A stretch of DNA of 62,317 nucleotides, filler included, from Chiloscyllium plagiosum (GCF_004010195.1; 3 parts of one record of this genome joined end to end with filler, not necessarily neighbours in it), one strand, 5' to 3'. Shown: positions 1 through 13,273, counted from the first letter of the whole stretch. Numbers and translations are program-made. The notes: a model not told the origin generated them from the sequence alone.

Positions 1-190
1 GGAAGTGGTGGAGGCTGGTACAATTGCAACATTTAAGAGGCATTTGGATGGGTATATGAATAGGAAGGGTTTGGAGGGATATGGGCCAGGTGCTGGCAGG
101 TGGGACTAGATTGGGTTGGGATATCTGGTTGGCATGGATGGGTTAGACCAAAGGGTCTGTTTCCATGCTGTACATTTCTATGACTCTATG
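1..190 (+). mobile_element. CR1 LINE 3' end
   Basis: ORF2 C-terminus EVVEAGTIATFKRHLD plus 3' UTR ending in ctatgactctatg. Confidence 0.85.
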
Positions 191-194
191 GCTT

Positions 195-542
195 TATGTA
201 CAGCACGGAAACAGACCCTTCGGTCCAATCCGTCCATACCGACCAGATATCCCAACCCAATCTAGTCCCACCTGCCAGCACCCAGCCCATATCCCTCCAA
301 ACCCTTCCTATTCATAGACCCATCCAAGTGCCTTTTAAATGTTGCGATTGTACCAGCCTCCATCACTTCCTCTGGCAGCTCATTCCATACACGTACCACC
401 CTTTGCGTGAAAATGTTGCTCCTTAGGTCCCTTTTATATCTTTTCCCTCTCGCCCTAAACCTATGCCCTCCAGTTCTGGACTCTCCCACCCCAGGGAAAA
501 TACCTTGTCTATTTATCTTATCCATGCCCCTCATAATTTTAT
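195..542 (-). mobile_element. CR1 LINE 3' fragment, tail-to-tail with the 1-190 copy
   Basis: ORF 262..564(-) reads KIMRGMDKI..SRTGGHRF..FTQRVVRVWNELPEEVMEAGTIATFKRHLD. Confidence 0.85.
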
Positions 543-1194
543 GTTTGTACATATTTCTTTTCAAGCTGTTGCATATACATATGTACCATTTAAATCTTTA
601 TTAATAATCTTTACATTCTTCCTTGTGTAAATTTTATTTGTAATAAATCTTTTTTGTTACTTAGGGAATCTGATTAACTGATTTCTGGTGCACCTGTACA
701 CATAGTTTCAGATATATACTGAATTGGCAATATCACCTCTCATTTTAAATTCAAACTTTGCTAAGGTCAGCATTGGGACAAAGGAAAGAATCAGTTCATC
801 CATTCTAATTGGATTGTAACAGTTGTCACTGCAAAAATGACTATTTAATATACCACTATCTATTGTACCATCTGCCGTTTCTTCTGGCAGTGCAGATTTG
901 AAGAGTAATCGGAGTTTTACACTTTGGTTAACTTTTTCACAAAACCAGTGAAGGTGGAAAATGGACATATTGTGTACTCTTGTGAAAACATTTCCAATTT
1001 GAGATCTGATACAGGGTTTTCTTATAAGTCATGAACACGGAAGGAGGTCATTCAACCCAACCCATCTGTAGCTGCTCTTTAAAAGAGATATCCAATTAGT
1101 CCCCACCCATAAATGACAAGAATAAGAAACACAAGCACATTTTAATGATTTCTAATACCAAACTGCTTTCTCAGTGTTATATATTGTTCCCAAA

Positions 1195-1600
1195 TCTAGA
1201 CACCTGTTTTCAAAAGCTTGTGGATTTAAATCCATTCTAGGACTAAACCACATAATGTAAACTGGGTCTCCAATGTAGTACTGAAAGCATATGGCACTGC
1301 CAGAGGCTCTGACTCCGTTGAGATATTGAACCAGGGTCAGTTTACTTTTTGTGGGGACTGAGCTGTTTGTTAAGAATCCCATGGCATTGTAAAAGAGAAA
1401 GGCTTCCCCAATTATGATTGGTAACATAGCTTTTTCAATCAACCAAACCAAAATGGATTAATGAAACGTCATTGCTGTTTGGGGTTCTTTCTGCATGTTG
1501 TAATGTTTGCCGGTATAACAGTGACTGCACTTCAAAGTAATTCCCTGCATGTGAATCATTTAGTGATATACTTTAGAGGAGTGAAATGGTAATGTCAGAC
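1195..1600 (+). mobile_element. Old DeuSINE/SacSINE1-like SINE
   Basis: Degenerate match to the family also seen at 17920-18310 (gatcccatggca..gaagag..cagtgactgcacttcaaagta). Confidence 0.55.
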
Positions 1601-1687
1601 ACCCGCTATTTTTCTGATTTTATCAGGTTGTTATTATAGAATTTAGTGTTCTGTGTCAATGTCAATATGAGAGTGCACTGTTACAAT

Positions 1688-1905
1688 TGAAATAACTCCA
1701 CACAGGCCAGTATCCCTTTGCCAAATCACCCTTTGTTTACATGTGCATAGTACTTGACAATGGCCTGGCTTCCTCAGAGTCTGCTCTCAGAATGAACAGA
1801 ACCTCTCATACTCCTGTTTATACCTGTCAGCCAGGGCTCCCTGATTGGGGCTGTTAACTCATATTCTGTAGGGTCCACGTGGCTGACCTTGTTACAATAG
1901 CTACA
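1688..1905 (-). mobile_element. Solo LTR (Gypsy-like)
   Basis: Minus strand starts TGTAG and ends TTATTTCA, with an internal TATAAA. Flanks are ACAAT/ACTAT (5-bp TSD, one mismatch). A related fragment lies at about 57425-57462. Confidence 0.65.
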
Positions 1906-1934
1906 ACTATCACCTTATTAAGGATACTGCTGGT

Positions 1935-2530
1935 GTGGTCAGCCTACCAGGGGAAGGCCATACTTGTCAGGTCTCTGGCACTGAGCCTGGCACTGTGGCT
2001 CAGAAGGGAAATGGGGAAAATAGAAAAGTGCTAGTGGTAGGGGACTCAATAGTTAGACGGATTGACAGGAGATTTTGTGGTCAGGAATGGGTCTCCCGGA
2101 AGGTATGTTGCCTCCCCGGTGCCAGGTTCCGGGATGTTGCCGATCGGGTTTATAGGATTCTGAAGGGGGAGGGTGAACAGCCAGAAATCGTGGTACATAT
2201 TGGCACCAATTATATAGCCAGGAAAGGGATTGAGGATCTGAAAAGTGACTACAGAGAGTTAGGTTGGACGCTGAAGAGTAGGACGAGTAGAGTAGTGTTC
2301 TCAGGTTTGCTACCAGTGCCACGAGATTGCGAGATGAGGAACAGGCAGCGAATGCAGCTTAACACGTGGCTGCGAGGCTGGTGCAGAGAGGGCTTCAGAT
2401 ACCTAGACCATTGGGATGCCTTCTGGGGAAGGTAGGACCTGTACATGAAGGACGGGTTGCACCTGAACTGGAGGGGCACAAATGTCCTGGATTGGAGAAT
2501 TGCTCGTGCGATTCGGGAGGGTTTAAACTA
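1935..2530 (+). pseudogene. CR1 ORF1 SGNH/GDSL esterase domain, premature TAG at 2433-2435
   Basis: KVLVVGDSIVRRIDRRFCG..CCLPGARFRDV..IVVHIGTN; homology appears to continue past the stop (DLYMKDGLHLNWRG). Confidence 0.85.
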
Positions 2531-2649
2531 ATTTGGCAGGGGGTTGGGAATCAGAGCCACATGTCTGAGAGAGGCTCAGTTGCAGATGGGGCAGTGACAG
2601 GATGTATTGAATCTATCGGGAAGGTTTCTCACGCGATTAAACAAAGAGA

Positions 2650-5400
2650 TTGGTTAAAATGTGTCTGTTTTACGCAAGGAGTGTCCAAAATAAGAGTGAC
2701 GAACTTAGAGCATGGATCAGTACTTGGGGCTATGGTGTTATGGCCATACCGGAGACGTGGGTTTCACAGGGGCAGGAATGGTTGCTAGATGTTCCAGGGT
2801 TTAAAAAATTTAAAAAGAACAGGGAGGGCGGAAAAAGAGGAGGGGGTGTAGCATTGCTAATCAGAGAGTGCATCACAGCTACAGGAACGAAGGTTGTTGA
2901 GGAAGCTTTGTCTATTGAGTCAGTATGGGTGGAAGTTAGGAACAGCAAGGGAACAGCCACTGCATTGAGGGTTTTCTACAGACCACCTAATAGCTGTAGA
3001 GAGATTGAAGAACTCATAGGCGGGCAGATTCTGGAAAAATTCAGAAGTAGCAGGGTTGTTGTTATGGGTGATTTTAACTTTCCCAATATTGACTGGAACC
3101 TCCTAAGTGCAGATTGTTTGGGTGGAGCTGTTTTTGTCAGGTGTGTTCAGGAGGGTTTCCTTACTCAGTATGTAGACAGACCAATGAGGGGAGAGGCCAT
3201 TTTGGATTTGGTACTCAGCAATGAGCCAGGACAAGTGTCAGATCTCACGGTGGGAGAACACTTTGGTGACAGTGACCACAATTGCCTCATATTTACCATA
3301 GCCTTGGAGAGGGAAAGGAGCAGTTTACGAGGGAAGATATTTAATTGGGGAAAAGGAAATTATGACGCTATCAGATAGGAGTTGGGAAGTACAGAGCAAT
3401 TGTTCCACAGAAAGGACACAGCAGACATGTGGAGACTATTTAAGGAGCAGTTATTGCGAATGATATACAAATTTGTTCCTCTGAGACAGGTAAGAAGGGG
3501 TAAGATTAAGGAACCTTGGATGACGAGAACAGAGGAGCTTCTCGTCAAAAGCAAAGAGGCAGCTTACGTAAGGTGGAGGAAGCAAGGATCTAGCAAAGCT
3601 TTAGAGTATTACAGGCTTGCTAGGAAGGAGCTCAGAAATGGACTGAGGAGAGCCAGGAGGGGTTACAAAAAAGGCTTGGCAAGAAGGATTAAGGAGAACC
3701 CAAAGGCATTTTACTCATAGGTGAGGAATAAGAGAATGATCAGGGAGAAGGTAGGGCTGATCAGGGATCGTAGGGGGAACTTGTGCGTGGAGTCTGAGCA
3801 GATAGGGGAAGCCCTAAATGAGTTTTTTGCTTCCGTTTTCACCAAGGAAAGGGACCTTGTTGTGAATGAAAACTTTGAGGAGCTGGGATACAGTCTTGAC
3901 CAGATCAAGATTGATGAAGTTGATGTGTAGGAAATTTTAGAAAATGTTCAGATTGATAAGTCCCCAGGGCCAGACCAGATTTATCCTAGGCTGCTCCAGG
4001 AAGCGAGAAAGGAGGTTGCTAAGCCGCTGACAAGGATATTTGCTTCCTCACTCTCCACGGGAGTCGTACTGGAAGATTGGAAGGAGACAAATGTTATTCC
4101 TCTTTTCAAGAAGGGTAATAGGGAAATCCCTGGCAATTACAGACCAGTCAGTCCTATGTCTGTGGTCAGCAAAGAATTCTGAGGGATAGGATTTTTGATT
4201 ATTTGGCAAAGCACAGTGTGATTAAAAGCAGTCAGCATGGCTTTGTGAGGGGCAGGTCATGCCTCACAAATCTTATTAAGTTCTTTGAGGAGGTGACAAG
4301 ATAGATCGACGAAGGTCAAGCAGTGGATGTGGTGTAAATGGACTTCAACAAGGCATTTGATAAGGTTCCCCATAATAAGCTCATTCAAAAAGTCAAGAAA
4401 TATGGAATACATGGAGATTTGGCTCTCTGGATTCAGAATTGGCTGGCTGACAGAAGGAAGAGAGTGGTTGTAGATGGAATGTATTCTGCCTGGAGGTCAG
4501 TGTTGTGTGGGGTCCCGCAAGGCTCTGTGTTTGGGCCTCTGTTCTTTGTAGGTTTTATAAATGACTTGGATGAGGAGGTTGAGGGTTGGGTTAGTAAATT
4601 TGCAGATGATACAATGGTTGGAGGTGTCGTCGATAGCATCGAGGGCTACTGCAGGCTGCAGCGCGACATAGACAGGATATAGAGCTGGGCTGAGAAATGG
4701 CAGATGGAGTTCAACCTGGATAAATGCGAAGTGATGGATAAATGCGAAGTGATGCATTTTGGAAGGTCGAACTTGAATGCTGAATATAGGATTAAAGACA
4801 GGATTCTTGGCAGTGTGGAGGAACAGAGGGATCTGGGTGTGCGAATACATAGATCTCTCAAAGTTGCCACCCAAGTGGATAGGGTTGTTAAGAAAGCATA
4901 TGGTGTTTTGGCTTTCATTAACAGAGGGATCGGGTTTAAGAGCCACGAGGTTTTGCTGCAGCTCTACAAGTCCCTGGTGAGACCACACTTGGAATATTGT
5001 GTCCAGTTCTGGTGGCCCTACTATAGGAAAGATACAGAGGCTTTGGAGAGGGTGCAAAGAAGGTTTACCAGGATGCTGCCTGGACTGGAGGCCTTGCCTT
5101 ATGAAGAAAGGTTGAATAAGCTCGGACTTTTCTCTCTGGAGAGAAGGAGGAAGAGAGGAGACCTGATTGAGATGTACAAAATAATGAGAGGAATAGATAG
5201 TGTCAAAGCCAGAGACTTTTCCCCAGGGCAGGATTGACTGGTACGAGGAGTCATAGTTTGAAGATATTAGGAGGAAGGTATAAAGGAGACATCAGAGGTA
5301 GGTTCTTTATGCACAGAGTTATGAATGCAAGGAATGCGTTGCCAGCTGTGGTGGTGGAAGCAGAGTCATTAAGTGACTGCTAGACATGCACATGGATAGC
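2650..5400 (+). pseudogene. CR1 ORF2 (AP endonuclease + reverse transcriptase), disrupted
   Basis: Collinear ORF pieces 2650..3378, 3382..3720, 3721..3930, 4338..4682 and 4704..5237 separated by stops or frameshifts. Confidence 0.92.
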
Positions 5401-5680
5401 AGTGAGTTGAGGGGTGCGTAGCTTAAGTAATTATAAGTTACATTAGGATTAAACCTCAGCACAATATTGTGGGCCAAAGGGCCTGTTCTGTGCTGTACTT
5501 ATCTATGTTCTATGTTCTAAGTGTATTACAGATTTCTGAGAGTTTACAAAGGGATTGGTCCTTTTTGAACAATCTTTAGCTGCATGGTGGAAGTAATGGT
5601 TCAAGGGTGATAATCCTCAAAATATCCTGGTTTCATGGTTATTGTGAATCAGATAGTTGCTGGATTCTCCATATCAACAT

Positions 5681-5967
5681 CGGTGGCACAGTGGTTAGCA
5701 CTGCTGCCTCACAGCGCTAGAGACCCGGGTTCAATTCCCGCCTCAGGCGACTGACTGTGTGGAGTTTGCACGTTCTCCCCGTGTCTGCGTGGGTTTCCTC
5801 CGGGTGCTCTGGTTTCCTCCCACAGTCCAAAGATGTGCAGGGTCAGGTGAATTGGCCATGCTAAATTGCCCGTAGTGTGGGAGTATGGGTGGGTTTCGCT
5901 TCGGCGGGTCGGTGTGGACTTGTTGGGCCGAAGGGCCTGTTTCCACACTGTAATGTAATCTAATCTA
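5681..5967 (+). mobile_element. HE1-type tRNA-derived V-SINE
   Basis: A box (tggcacagtggtt), B box (ggttcaattcc), V-domain (gtgtggagtttgcacgttctccccgtgtctgcgtgggtttcctcc), CR1-like tail ending (taatc)n. Confidence 0.9.
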
Positions 5968-6179
5968 AACATAGTATTCTAGTTGGCCACAGTTGATAGC
6001 AACACTCTGCTCTTGGCATTCCAGAATCAATCCTGTATACAGGGTGCTCTCATTTGCTGCGACTGTGCCCAGGTCGTTCTGGGTGACACACTCAGTTGGC
6101 CACAATGCCTATTTCACATTTTAAACAGGATTAGTTGCTGAAGCACCTCAAATTCTGTTCTCAAAGAAGAACGGCTCGC

Positions 6180-6590
6180 AGTTATATCGTGCCTTACATG
6201 AGCACAGAGCAATCAAAGTGCTTTACAACCAACGAATACTTTCTTTAGATGTAGTTACTGTTGAAATGCAGAAAATGCTGCAGCCAATGTGTACACAGCG
6301 AGCTCTCACAGACATAATATGGTATTGATAATCTGATTCTTTAACATGTTGAAAACAATCAGCCCAGACCCTGAGAAGAACTCCTCTGATCTGCTTCAAA
6401 AGAGATATGTTACGTTCACCTGGAAAAGGTTGCTGGTGCCTGGCTTTCATGGTTCCTCTGAAAGCTGGCACCTCCAGTAATGCAGGAAAGCAGCATCAAC
6501 ATTGATGATTGGGGCTCAAGTCACAAGGTGGGATCCAAACCCATAAACTTCCGATTTAGGGGCAAGATTTCCACCCTTGGAGCCATACGC
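6180..6590 (-). mobile_element. Old DeuSINE/SacSINE1-like SINE
   Basis: Reverse complement resembles the 17920-18310 family (aaagtgctttacaaccaacgaatact..gcagccaat..gcacagc). Confidence 0.55.
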
Positions 6591-8816
6591 TAGCGCCTAA
6601 AAGACTAAACAAAAAGTAACAGAAAAGTAACAGACCAAAAAAGTAACCAATTTAACAGAACTACCTTACATTTGAATTAATATTTATGGCTTCAGTTCTA
6701 TCTAATTTCTCTAGGCACTGCGTGGACCTCTGAGGTCTGTGCAGTGCAGCAGTTGGAGAAAGCAGAAGTGAACGTGTTGGCGCAGAGTTGCCAGAAGCCG
6801 CTTAGAGGGAAAGTTGCTTGCCAATAGCCAAATTTTCTTTTTCAAAGTGGCATCACATTTGTTTTCTATTTGACAAGTTTCCCAGACAGGAAAACAAGCC
6901 AAGATTGCGAAATGGGAGAGAATGCTTTCATGTGTGAAGTACGGCACCATGTAAGAAGCTTCAATAGACCAAGGATCCCTTTCTTGTCTTGGAAATTTGT
7001 TTTAATGCTCCATTTGTTCTCTAAAGAGATCTTAACATCAAATCAGAGGTGTTGCTTTTATTAGACTGGAAAATCTTCTCGTTAAGGATGTTTTTCTAAA
7101 ATCCCCCAGTTTTCTTTAGTAGTTGAGAACACATATAACTGTCTTTGCTTGTTACATTTATATTTAGCATAAGATCATAAGCAAAAGGAGCAAAAGGAGG
7201 CCACTTGGCCCCTCAAACTCGCTGCAGCATTCAACATCATGACTGACCTATTACCTCAACTCCTTCTTCCAACACAAGCACCAAAACCCTAAATTCATTT
7301 ATCATCCAAAATCTGTTGCTCTCCCTCTCGTGAATGTATTTAATAACTGAGTTGCCATAGCCCCCTTTGGTTGTGAATTCCAAAAATTTGCAAGCCTCTT
7401 AATGAAGAAATTTCTCCTCATCTATGTCCCTGAGGACACTCTATTCTGTTTTAGATGCCCCAACTTGAGGAAATGTTTTTTTAAGCAATTACCCCATTAA
7501 TCCCCTTAAGAATGTTCTGTATTTCAATGAGATCACACTTTGTGCTTCTATACTTTATGCAATATAGGTCAAGCCAACAACTACATTGATCATAGGATAA
7601 TCTGCTTATTTTAGGAATTGATGTAGGGAATAGGAAGGTGGGATTCAGCTTAAATGTTTATGGTTTTTATGAACTCAGATAAAGATAAAGTCACCATAGT
7701 CTAACCATAGACAGACAGCTGGTGGTGGTTTAACCTGAAGGTCACCATTCTTGAGGTAAGGGGAGAGATTGGGAAGGAGAGTCCTTCATGATAACCTCAG
7801 CTGATGTGGGAATTTAACTCATGCTGTCGGAGTCACATTGTGTTGAAAACTAATCATCTCAGCTAACCGACCCCCCTGACCTTAGTCCCCATCTTGACTC
7901 AATGAGTTGAGTTTAGTGCTTGCTGAAAATAACAATTGTATTCCTTTTGAATATATTTATAGACACACATCTCAAATAATGGAAGCTTTTGCAAATCTTT
8001 GACTACTGGCATTGATAATTCAAGGAATTAGTATCACAATTTTATTTTTAAAATACCTATTTTAGACCATTATCTCACCCTATTGTGGTTGTTAGTTAGC
8101 TAGATGGTTAGTGTGGTGAGGAATGGTACCAATAGCACGGATTAATCTCTGAACTATCTCCAATATGACTCCTCTCCATGCCCCTTGCACATTGGTGCCA
8201 CTTAAACCAATCCTTTCTTTTTATTGGAGTACTGTGTCTATGTTCCTTTGTCTAATTACCTAATCTCACTTCATTTCACAACTTGGGGCTGAAAATGGTT
8301 CTGTCTTGCCAAATGGGTGCTTCCATTGATGGGCTGATGGTTTGGTATTTGCAATAAGGGAATAATTCTGGAATACGTTTGTACGGTGTGCCATAATCAT
8401 ATGTGTGTTTTGTGTGTTGTGTGAAACTTTTTTAGTCCTTACTTTTATTATTCATTTCTTAAGGGTATATTGTGCTGAGTTGGCTAGTGTCATGTCTAAA
8501 CATATTTCCAAAAAAATGATCACAGTTGCAGTTGGCTGAAATTCCTCTGCGGTTGCATTGTGACTATCTTTACTGGAACCTTCCAAAGCACTGGTGAGCA
8601 TTACTTGGCACAAATGTTAGCAAGGAAAGAGTGCTGAACTTAGTCTGGGTATTTATTGTTAGCTACCTACATTATATCTGACAGGTTTCAAACATTTTGG
8701 AAGGTATCCCAGCATCTTTGTAAAATTCTTACTTGTTGGGAATGAAAACTAGGGAAGTTGCAAAAATAAGTCATCAACTTGGTCCCATGCACAAAATGAA
8801 AACGAGTGAAATTTTT

Positions 8817-9127
8817 TAGATCGATTACATTACAGTGTGGAAACAGGCCCTTCGGCCCAACAAGTCCACACCGACTAGCCAAAGCATAACCCACCCATAC
8901 CTCTACATTTACCCCTTACCTAACACTACGGGCAATTTAGCATGGCCAATTCACCTAACCTGCACATCTTTGGACTGTGGGAGGAAACCGGAGCACCCGG
9001 AGGAAACCCACGCAGACACGGGGAGAACATGCAAACTCCACACAGTCAGTCACCTGAGGCAGGAATTGAACCCGGGTCTCTGGCGCTGTGAGGCAGCAGT
9101 GCTAACCACTGTGCCACCGTACCGCCC
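8817..9127 (-). mobile_element. HE1-type V-SINE
   Basis: Full-length reverse copy with A/B boxes, V-domain and tail. Confidence 0.9.
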
Positions 9128-9243
9128 ACTCCCACAAGTCCCCTGTTTACAGTAATCAAACCTCCACCCTTCTCATAATCCTTCTTTTCAGAATTCAGCC
9201 TTGGACTTACCCCATTACTAAATCTGTAATTATCTGTAATTTG

Positions 9244-9559
9244 TGGGTGGCACAGTGGCACAGTGGTTAGCACTGCTGCCTTACAGTGCCAGAGACCCGG
9301 GTTCAATTCCCGCCTCAGGCGACTGACTGTGTGGAGTTTGCACGTTCTCCCCGTGTCTGCGTGGGTTTCCTCCGGATGCTCCGGTTTCCTCCCACAGTCC
9401 AAAAATGTGCAGGTCAGGTGAATTGGCCATGCTAAATTTCTCGTAGTGTTAGGTAAGGGGTAAATGTAGGGGTATGGGTAGGTTGTGCTTCGGCGGGTTG
9501 GTGTGGACTTGTTGGGCCGAAGGGCCTGTTTCCACACTGTAATGTAATCTAATCTAATC
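9244..9559 (+). mobile_element. HE1-type V-SINE
   Basis: Full-length copy ending aatgtaatctaatctaatct. Confidence 0.9.
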
Positions 9560-9683
9560 TCCAGTTCCACAATTGTCCAAATCTCTGTGATCATATCCAT
9601 TCTTTAGCATCACTTGATTTCTTTCATTCCACCACTGGCGCTACTAACTACCTGAGTTCCAAATTCTATCATGAGGTGGAATA

Positions 9684-10580
9684 ATGGTTCAGTGGTTAGC
9701 AGTGCTGCCTCACAGCGCCAGGCACCCAAGTTCAATTCCAGCCTCGGGGGACCGTCTGTCTGAAGTTTGTACATTCTCTCTGTGTCTGCATGGGTTTCCT
9801 CCCACAGTCCAACAATGTGCAGGTTAGGTGGATTAGCAATGCTAAATTGCCCATTGTGTCCAGGGATGTGTAGGCTGTCTGGATTAACCATGGAAAATGC
9901 AGGATTACAGGGATGAGGTGGGTCAGGGTGGGATGTTCTTTGGAGTGGTTGGTGTACTCGGACATACAGCATGGAAACAGACCCTTCTCTAGTCAACGCT
10001 GAATATAATCCTAAACTAAACTAGTCCCACCTGCCTGCTCTTGGCCCGTATCCCACATTTCCTATTCATGTACTTATCCAAATATCTTTTAAATATTGTA
10101 ATTGTACCCACTTCCACCACCTCCTCAGGAAGTTCATTTCACATACAAACTACCCTCTGTAAAAGATTTGCCCCCATGTCTTTTTTAAATGTCTCTCCTG
10201 AGATCTTAAAAATGTGACCTCTAGTCTTGAAACTCCCATCTGAGGGGAAAAAAAGACAGCTACCATTAATTCTATCCATATATCTCATTATTTTATAAAC
10301 CTCTATCAGTCACCTCTCAATCTCCTATGCTCCAGTGAAAAAAGGTCCCAGCCTATCCAGCCCTTCTTGCTAACTCAAGCCTTCCATGCTTGGTGACATC
10401 ATAGTAAATCTCTTCTGAGCCCTCTCCAGTTTAATAATATCTATCCTATAACTGGGCAACCAGAACTGGACACAGTATTGCAGAAGCGGCCTCACCAATG
10501 TCTTGTGCAACTTCAACATGACGTCCCAACTGCTGAACTTGATGGGCTGAATGGCCTGCTTTTCCACTGTAGTGATTCTA
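9684..10580 (+). mobile_element. Older HE1-type SINE interrupted by a reverse CR1 3' fragment (about 9963-10540)
   Basis: SINE body runs to about 9962, then minus-strand CR1 (LHKTLVRPLLQYCVQFW), then the SINE tail resumes (acttgatgggctgaatggcc..gtgattcta). Confidence 0.75.
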
Positions 10581-13273
10581 TTATCTCTCCTTCATGTTCT
10601 AAATCATTCCTTAGCAACTAATTCTTTGACCAAGTGTTTGGTCGTCCGCCCTAATATCTTCTTGTGTGGCTCAGTGAACACTCCTCTGAATTGCTTTGGG
10701 AAGTTTTAATATATTCCAATGAGTAACCAAATGCAGGTTGCTACTGTTACACCTTTAGTGCTGAATCCTAATAAATAGGTGGGAGTTCTGCAAAAGAAAG
10801 ATTTACCTAGATCAGGACTTTGATCAGCTTCAGAAAATGAAAGCTGATTGGAAAGTTTTGTAGCACTCAACATTTAAATTCTTCATTCTGCTTTCAGTCC
10901 ACAGTAACGTTTTCAAACAAGGGCATGCTTCCTCTCACTGAGTTGTGGATGTGTGGTGAGCGTTCATAATTAAAAAGTTGTAGAAAATATTGTGCATGCA
11001 TCAGGATTTACTCTGCTATGCGAGGTAGTTTTGCTGTTCTGGAATCTTCTGCTTGGATTGGACAGGTTTATGTTTGCACTCAATGCAGTGCTTGACTTAG
11101 AAATGTGTTTACATTGGTACCCAGGATCATAATGCCACATGGGATCAGGCTGTATTTCAAAAATCTGTTTGGATGTGGTTAATTTATTGTTGTTAGAAAC
11201 TTTTGAAAATAACTCATTCATGAGATGGGGGCATTGCTGGCCATGCCAATATTTTCCGCCCATCCCTAACTCCCATTAAACTGAGTGACTTGCTTGGTCA
11301 TTTCACTAGATTAGTTGAGTGTAAACCACATTGCTGAAGGTTTTGTGTCACATGTAGGCAACCACTGTGCTGTTAGGGAGGGAGGTTGTCAGAATTCGGC
11401 TTAGCTTCTGTGAAGGAACAGTAATCGTATCATCTTAGTCACGATATTGTGGTTGCTTTTGTCTCTGGCTTCAGCAGGAGAGCATCTTAATTTGACACCA
11501 GGGCTAACGTCCTTGTTTTTTGCTAACACATCCTTGTTGTGGGTCCTGCCAGATCCAGCTGTAGCAATAATGCATCTTGTACACGTATACTAGCACCTGC
11601 AACAGTCTCACAGGATTCTTCTCAATAATAGAACTCCAGATGTCCTGTGTACTACTCAATTTACTTTTCTTATTTTAACAATATCTCAATGGTGTCATTT
11701 TCCTTCCAGATGATGTGACCAGAGACTGACAGTGCATTTGCCATTTTGGTTTCTGATTAATGGACAGGATTTAGGAACAACATTATTTCACCTTGAAATA
11801 TTATTGCCCAAGACTTTTAGAGAGATTTTTACAGTTGTTGGTGCACAGTGAAGGAATATCATTATATTCTCACCAGGTCAGAAGCCTAACAGTGCATTCT
11901 GATGAAAGGTACTTTCTTTGATGTCCCTGGTTTCAGTGAATTACTTTCAAGAGGGTGACACTATTGCTTTCTGAAGATTCTGCCTGGTGACTATATGACA
12001 TAGCCTGTAACTTTCAACTTATCAATAGCAGGGGAGGCTCATAGGTTGGGTTGACATGAGATTATTTTACCTCTGGGATAAATAGTGTTTTCATCTTGTT
12101 TAGGATTCAGTTAAGTCCCCAGTGAACTCAAGAGATGCCTTCAAATTTTAGAACTGGGTGATATTTCAAAATGTAATTTTACAATATAGAAATTAATTTT
12201 GATAATCACATTTTCAATATGGGCTGAAGTTTTGGAAAACATATCTACCAACTCGATGAGTTCCAGTCAGGACTATAGGCCACCCTCATTCATGTATGAG
12301 TCTAATTTAAAGGGATTATCAGTCTGTAGCCAGTTTGCTGCTCACTGCATTGTTATTCAGCTGTGGTAACCATCAATATGCCTTACACAGTTCAATCCAA
12401 TGGTAACGATTCCTCAATGTAAACAGAGGCCTCTCTTAAATATTAATAACACTTCTTCTGTTATTCAAAACCACTTTCCTTTCATGCAGCACCTGTCTAC
12501 ACATACAGATCCAACATTATTAGCCTCTGGGGACTTTTAATGTTAACTGGAGAAGGAAAGAAACTGGAAGCAATGTGGAATTTCAACATTTTTTCTTCTT
12601 AGAATGAAACATTCATGATTCCATTACCCACCCATGCTTCATGCCTATACATTTATGCTGTGATCATTATAAACCTTTTATACTTTTAAAAAGAGTAATA
12701 CAAACAATGTATTAGTGACCACAATTGGATAAGCATTGGTATAGGTCAATTACCTTAATTACATTGCTGATCATATAATGAGCTCTCCCTTTTGACACAG
12801 TTATTGCTTATGTGGCGTTCTGCACAATATCCTCTATCGCTGCCTGCACAGTATCTACTCCAGAATGGGATTTATGGTTCCAACATATGACGTTCGAAAT
12901 GGATTTCGTATTAAGCTCTGTTCTGTATTTTTGATGAGTTTTCCTTTCTGAAATGAATTGCAGAGATGTATTGCACGCCAACTGTACTGCTGCATGTGTA
13001 GTTCAACCAAGTTCTCTCTCTTTGTCTGTTACAAATGTACATTTCCAAATATATTTTGTGCCGATTTCTTACCTTACTTTTATCCAAAGCAGACGGCAAA
13101 ATGGTACCTGGTGCAAATCTTGGGTTGTAAGCACTTGCTAAGACACGGACGAACCATACAGAAGGTGTTACTAAAGTTGTGGGTGATGGTGGTCTGGATG
13201 GAGTTCACATGCAGATACAATGGGAGAGGCAGTGGAAGAAGCACTTCCATTGTGCTGAGTCTTGAGACATACA

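Larger units (their letters stand above)
1922..5519 (+). mobile_element. 5'-truncated, inactivated CR1 LINE (ORF1 esterase + ORF2 APE/RT + 3' tandem tail)
   Basis: ORF1 SGNH-esterase motifs (VVGDSIVR, VHIGTN); APE motifs (ETW, FYRPP, MGDFNFP, SDH); RT motifs (GVPQGS, FADDT); several in-frame stops and frameshifts; tail ctatgttctatgttcta. Confidence 0.95.

Noticed and set aside
5681..5745. tRNA gene
   Set aside because: A tRNA-derived SINE head that continues into the V-domain; no complete cloverleaf supported.
8835..9600. ORFs of the MWKQALRPNKSTPT type (also 13286 and 44925)
   Set aside because: Antisense translations of HE1 SINEs, not genes.
12025..12080. AGEAHRLG*HEI resembling PKHD1L1 AGQAFRLGRYPI, and DDVT..HFGF* at about 11710-11760
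   Set aside because: Short, contains stops, wrong order and spacing, and no coherent exon; most likely chance similarity.
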